Shown: positions 35,468 through 36,444 of the stretch, piece after piece
Numbering within the stretch: position 1 is the first letter of the stretch
Layout of the letters: each line of letters starts with the position of its first letter
Origin: a virus
Taxonomy: Duplodnaviria > Caudoviricetes
Length of the DNA: 36,444 nt
Virus record (IMG/VR): IMGVR_UViG_3300048580_000754
Coordinates: 1 to 36,444 of that record
Reading direction: 5' to 3' (one strand)
Translations under genes and position numbers: made by a program
Notes under the pieces: model-generated
Seen by the model: the letters and a program-made list of their open reading frames with translations, nothing else
Database searches by the model: none
Told to the model about the DNA's origin: nothing

Positions 35468-35703
35468 GCTTTTGCCTCCTTGGCTTTGGTCCATTGGTGA
35501 GTTTGTAACGTCGGGTGGTGAAATTGCTGGAATAACGCATCCCCCGCCTCCTCCAGCCGGCGGATGCGCTTGTTGGCCGCGGCCAGATCGATTTCGAGTT
35601 TGCAGTAGGAGCAAAGCAGGCTGGGCGACTCAACGCGCCGCACGGAACAACCATTGCACCAATACACCCATTCACTTCGCGTCTTAACGTCTTCGCTGTT
35701 CAT
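35464..35703 (-). CDS. Small Cys-containing protein (79 aa), possible Zn ribbon
   Basis: CNGC...CSYC; N-terminus MNSEDVKTRS encoded by an A repeat. Confidence 0.6.
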   Translation of the reverse strand: MNSEDVKTRSEWVYWCNGCSVRRVESPSLLCSYCKLEIDLAAANKRIRRLEEAGDALFQQFHHPTLQTHQWTKAKEAKA

Positions 35704-36098
35704 TTGGTTTTCCTTTGCTTTGCCGTCTCCGCGTCTCCGCGTCTTCCCCTCTCCGCGTCTCCGACCACCCGTTCCCATTCCCTTAGCCAATGCAGGCACG
35801 CCGAGGGGTTGGCGATCTGCCGTTGCCAGCAGACCAGATCCAGCATGGCCTCGCGTTCCAGTTCCGCCGACGGCCCGGCCGACCACGCCGCGTGATACTG
35901 CGTGGTGCGATCCGCGACCCACCGCTCAATCGTGGCGTCGGTCTGGCGCCACACCCAATTGGCCACCAGCGCGGCGTCGCCGTTGCGCCACGGGGCGGGT
36001 CCGTTCCGCGCCGGCCACGCCGCCGTCGCCTCCGCCGTGGGCACCGTCCCCCACCGCTGCTTGGGCACCTCCGTCTCAGGGTTCACACTCATGGGCAT
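35700..36098 (-). CDS. Hypothetical protein (about 130 aa)
   Basis: In the operon; C-terminus encoded by GGAGACGC-type 8-mers. Confidence 0.55.
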   Translation of the reverse strand: MPMSVNPETEVPKQRWGTVPTAEATAAWPARNGPAPWRNGDAALVANWVWRQTDATIERWVADRTTQYHAAWSAGPSAELEREAMLDLVCWQRQIANPSACLHWLREWERVVGDAERGRRGDAETAKQRKTK

Positions 36099-36394
36099 TT
36101 GAATCTGGAAGGCAGGAAATCAGGAAGCGGCTCCACCAAGACCACCCGCAGCTTGAGCGGGCGCAAGTCCGGGCGTTCAAACCGTTGTTGCGCCTTCGTG
36201 TTGTAAAACGCCCACCGGACCGAAGGGGGATGCGGCAGGTCTAGGCTCCTGTATGCCTCGATGCGGCCTGGGTCAAAATCAGCCCAGATGAATTTAGGTG
36301 GTTTCACGTCTTCGTTTCCCCTGTTTGCTTCTGTTCCTGCCTTCCTGTTTTCCAGATTCATCTTCGTTCCCTCCGTTCCCTTCTGTTCCGTCAC
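36089..36394 (-). CDS. Hypothetical protein bracketed by inverted B repeats
   Basis: GTGA-coupled start (alternatives at 36361 or later); both termini repeat-derived. Confidence 0.55.
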   Translation of the reverse strand: MTEQKGTEGTKMNLENRKAGTEANRGNEDVKPPKFIWADFDPGRIEAYRSLDLPHPPSVRWAFYNTKAQQRFERPDLRPLKLRVVLVEPLPDFLPSRFKCP

Positions 36395-36444
36395 TGCGGC
36401 AACTCCTGCGGGGTCTCGTCGTTGTCCACGTGCGCGTCGATGAA
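36391..36444 (-). CDS. 3' end of a gene truncated by the window edge
   Basis: Open frame FIDAHVDNDETPQELPQ-stop overlapping the next GTG. Confidence 0.4.
   Translation of the reverse strand, partial: FIDAHVDNDETPQELPQ

Larger units (their letters stand above)
1..36444. mobile_element. Temperate podovirus-like phage genome segment
   Basis: Integrase/attP, terminase, portal, MCP, nozzle and ejection proteins; no tape measure, tail tube or sheath recognised; no host genes. Confidence 0.92.

Noticed and set aside
35075-35600. 63-bp duplication as a diversity-generating retroelement TR/VR pair
   Set aside because: Only one mismatch, both copies are mid-gene, and no reverse transcriptase is in the window
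567-36387. Repeats A/B/C as a CRISPR array
   Set aside because: They are dispersed, in both orientations, lack regular spacers, and no cas genes are present

Overview
This window is most of the genome of a GC-rich temperate tailed phage with a podovirus-type layout, apparently in its non-integrated form. On the left is a lysogeny module: a divergent pair of ribbon-helix-helix regulators sharing two palindromic operators, a BamE/SmpA-like lipoprotein, small early genes, a tyrosine integrase and an attP carrying the 3' half of a tRNA-Ser(CGA). From about 36.4 kb to 4.1 kb one long minus-strand operon runs through small accessory genes, terminase, adenine methyltransferase, portal, scaffold, major capsid, adaptor, tailspike, lysis membrane proteins, nozzle, two glycosyltransferases, tail fibre and ejection proteins, ending in a 2016-aa polyvalent protein. 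Four things stand out. (1) About 25 copies of three families of 25-26-bp periodic purine-rich repeats sit at gene junctions. They form inverted pairs that are either empty or enclose accessory genes, and they are often translated as coupling mini-ORFs or protein termini. (2) The tailspike module carries Sec signal peptides and is rich in N-x-S/T sequons. (3) The adaptor gene appears split and permuted. (4) The genetic switch uses only RHH proteins. All product calls come from motif recognition and gene order, not database searches. A Verrucomicrobia/PVC-like host is only an impression.
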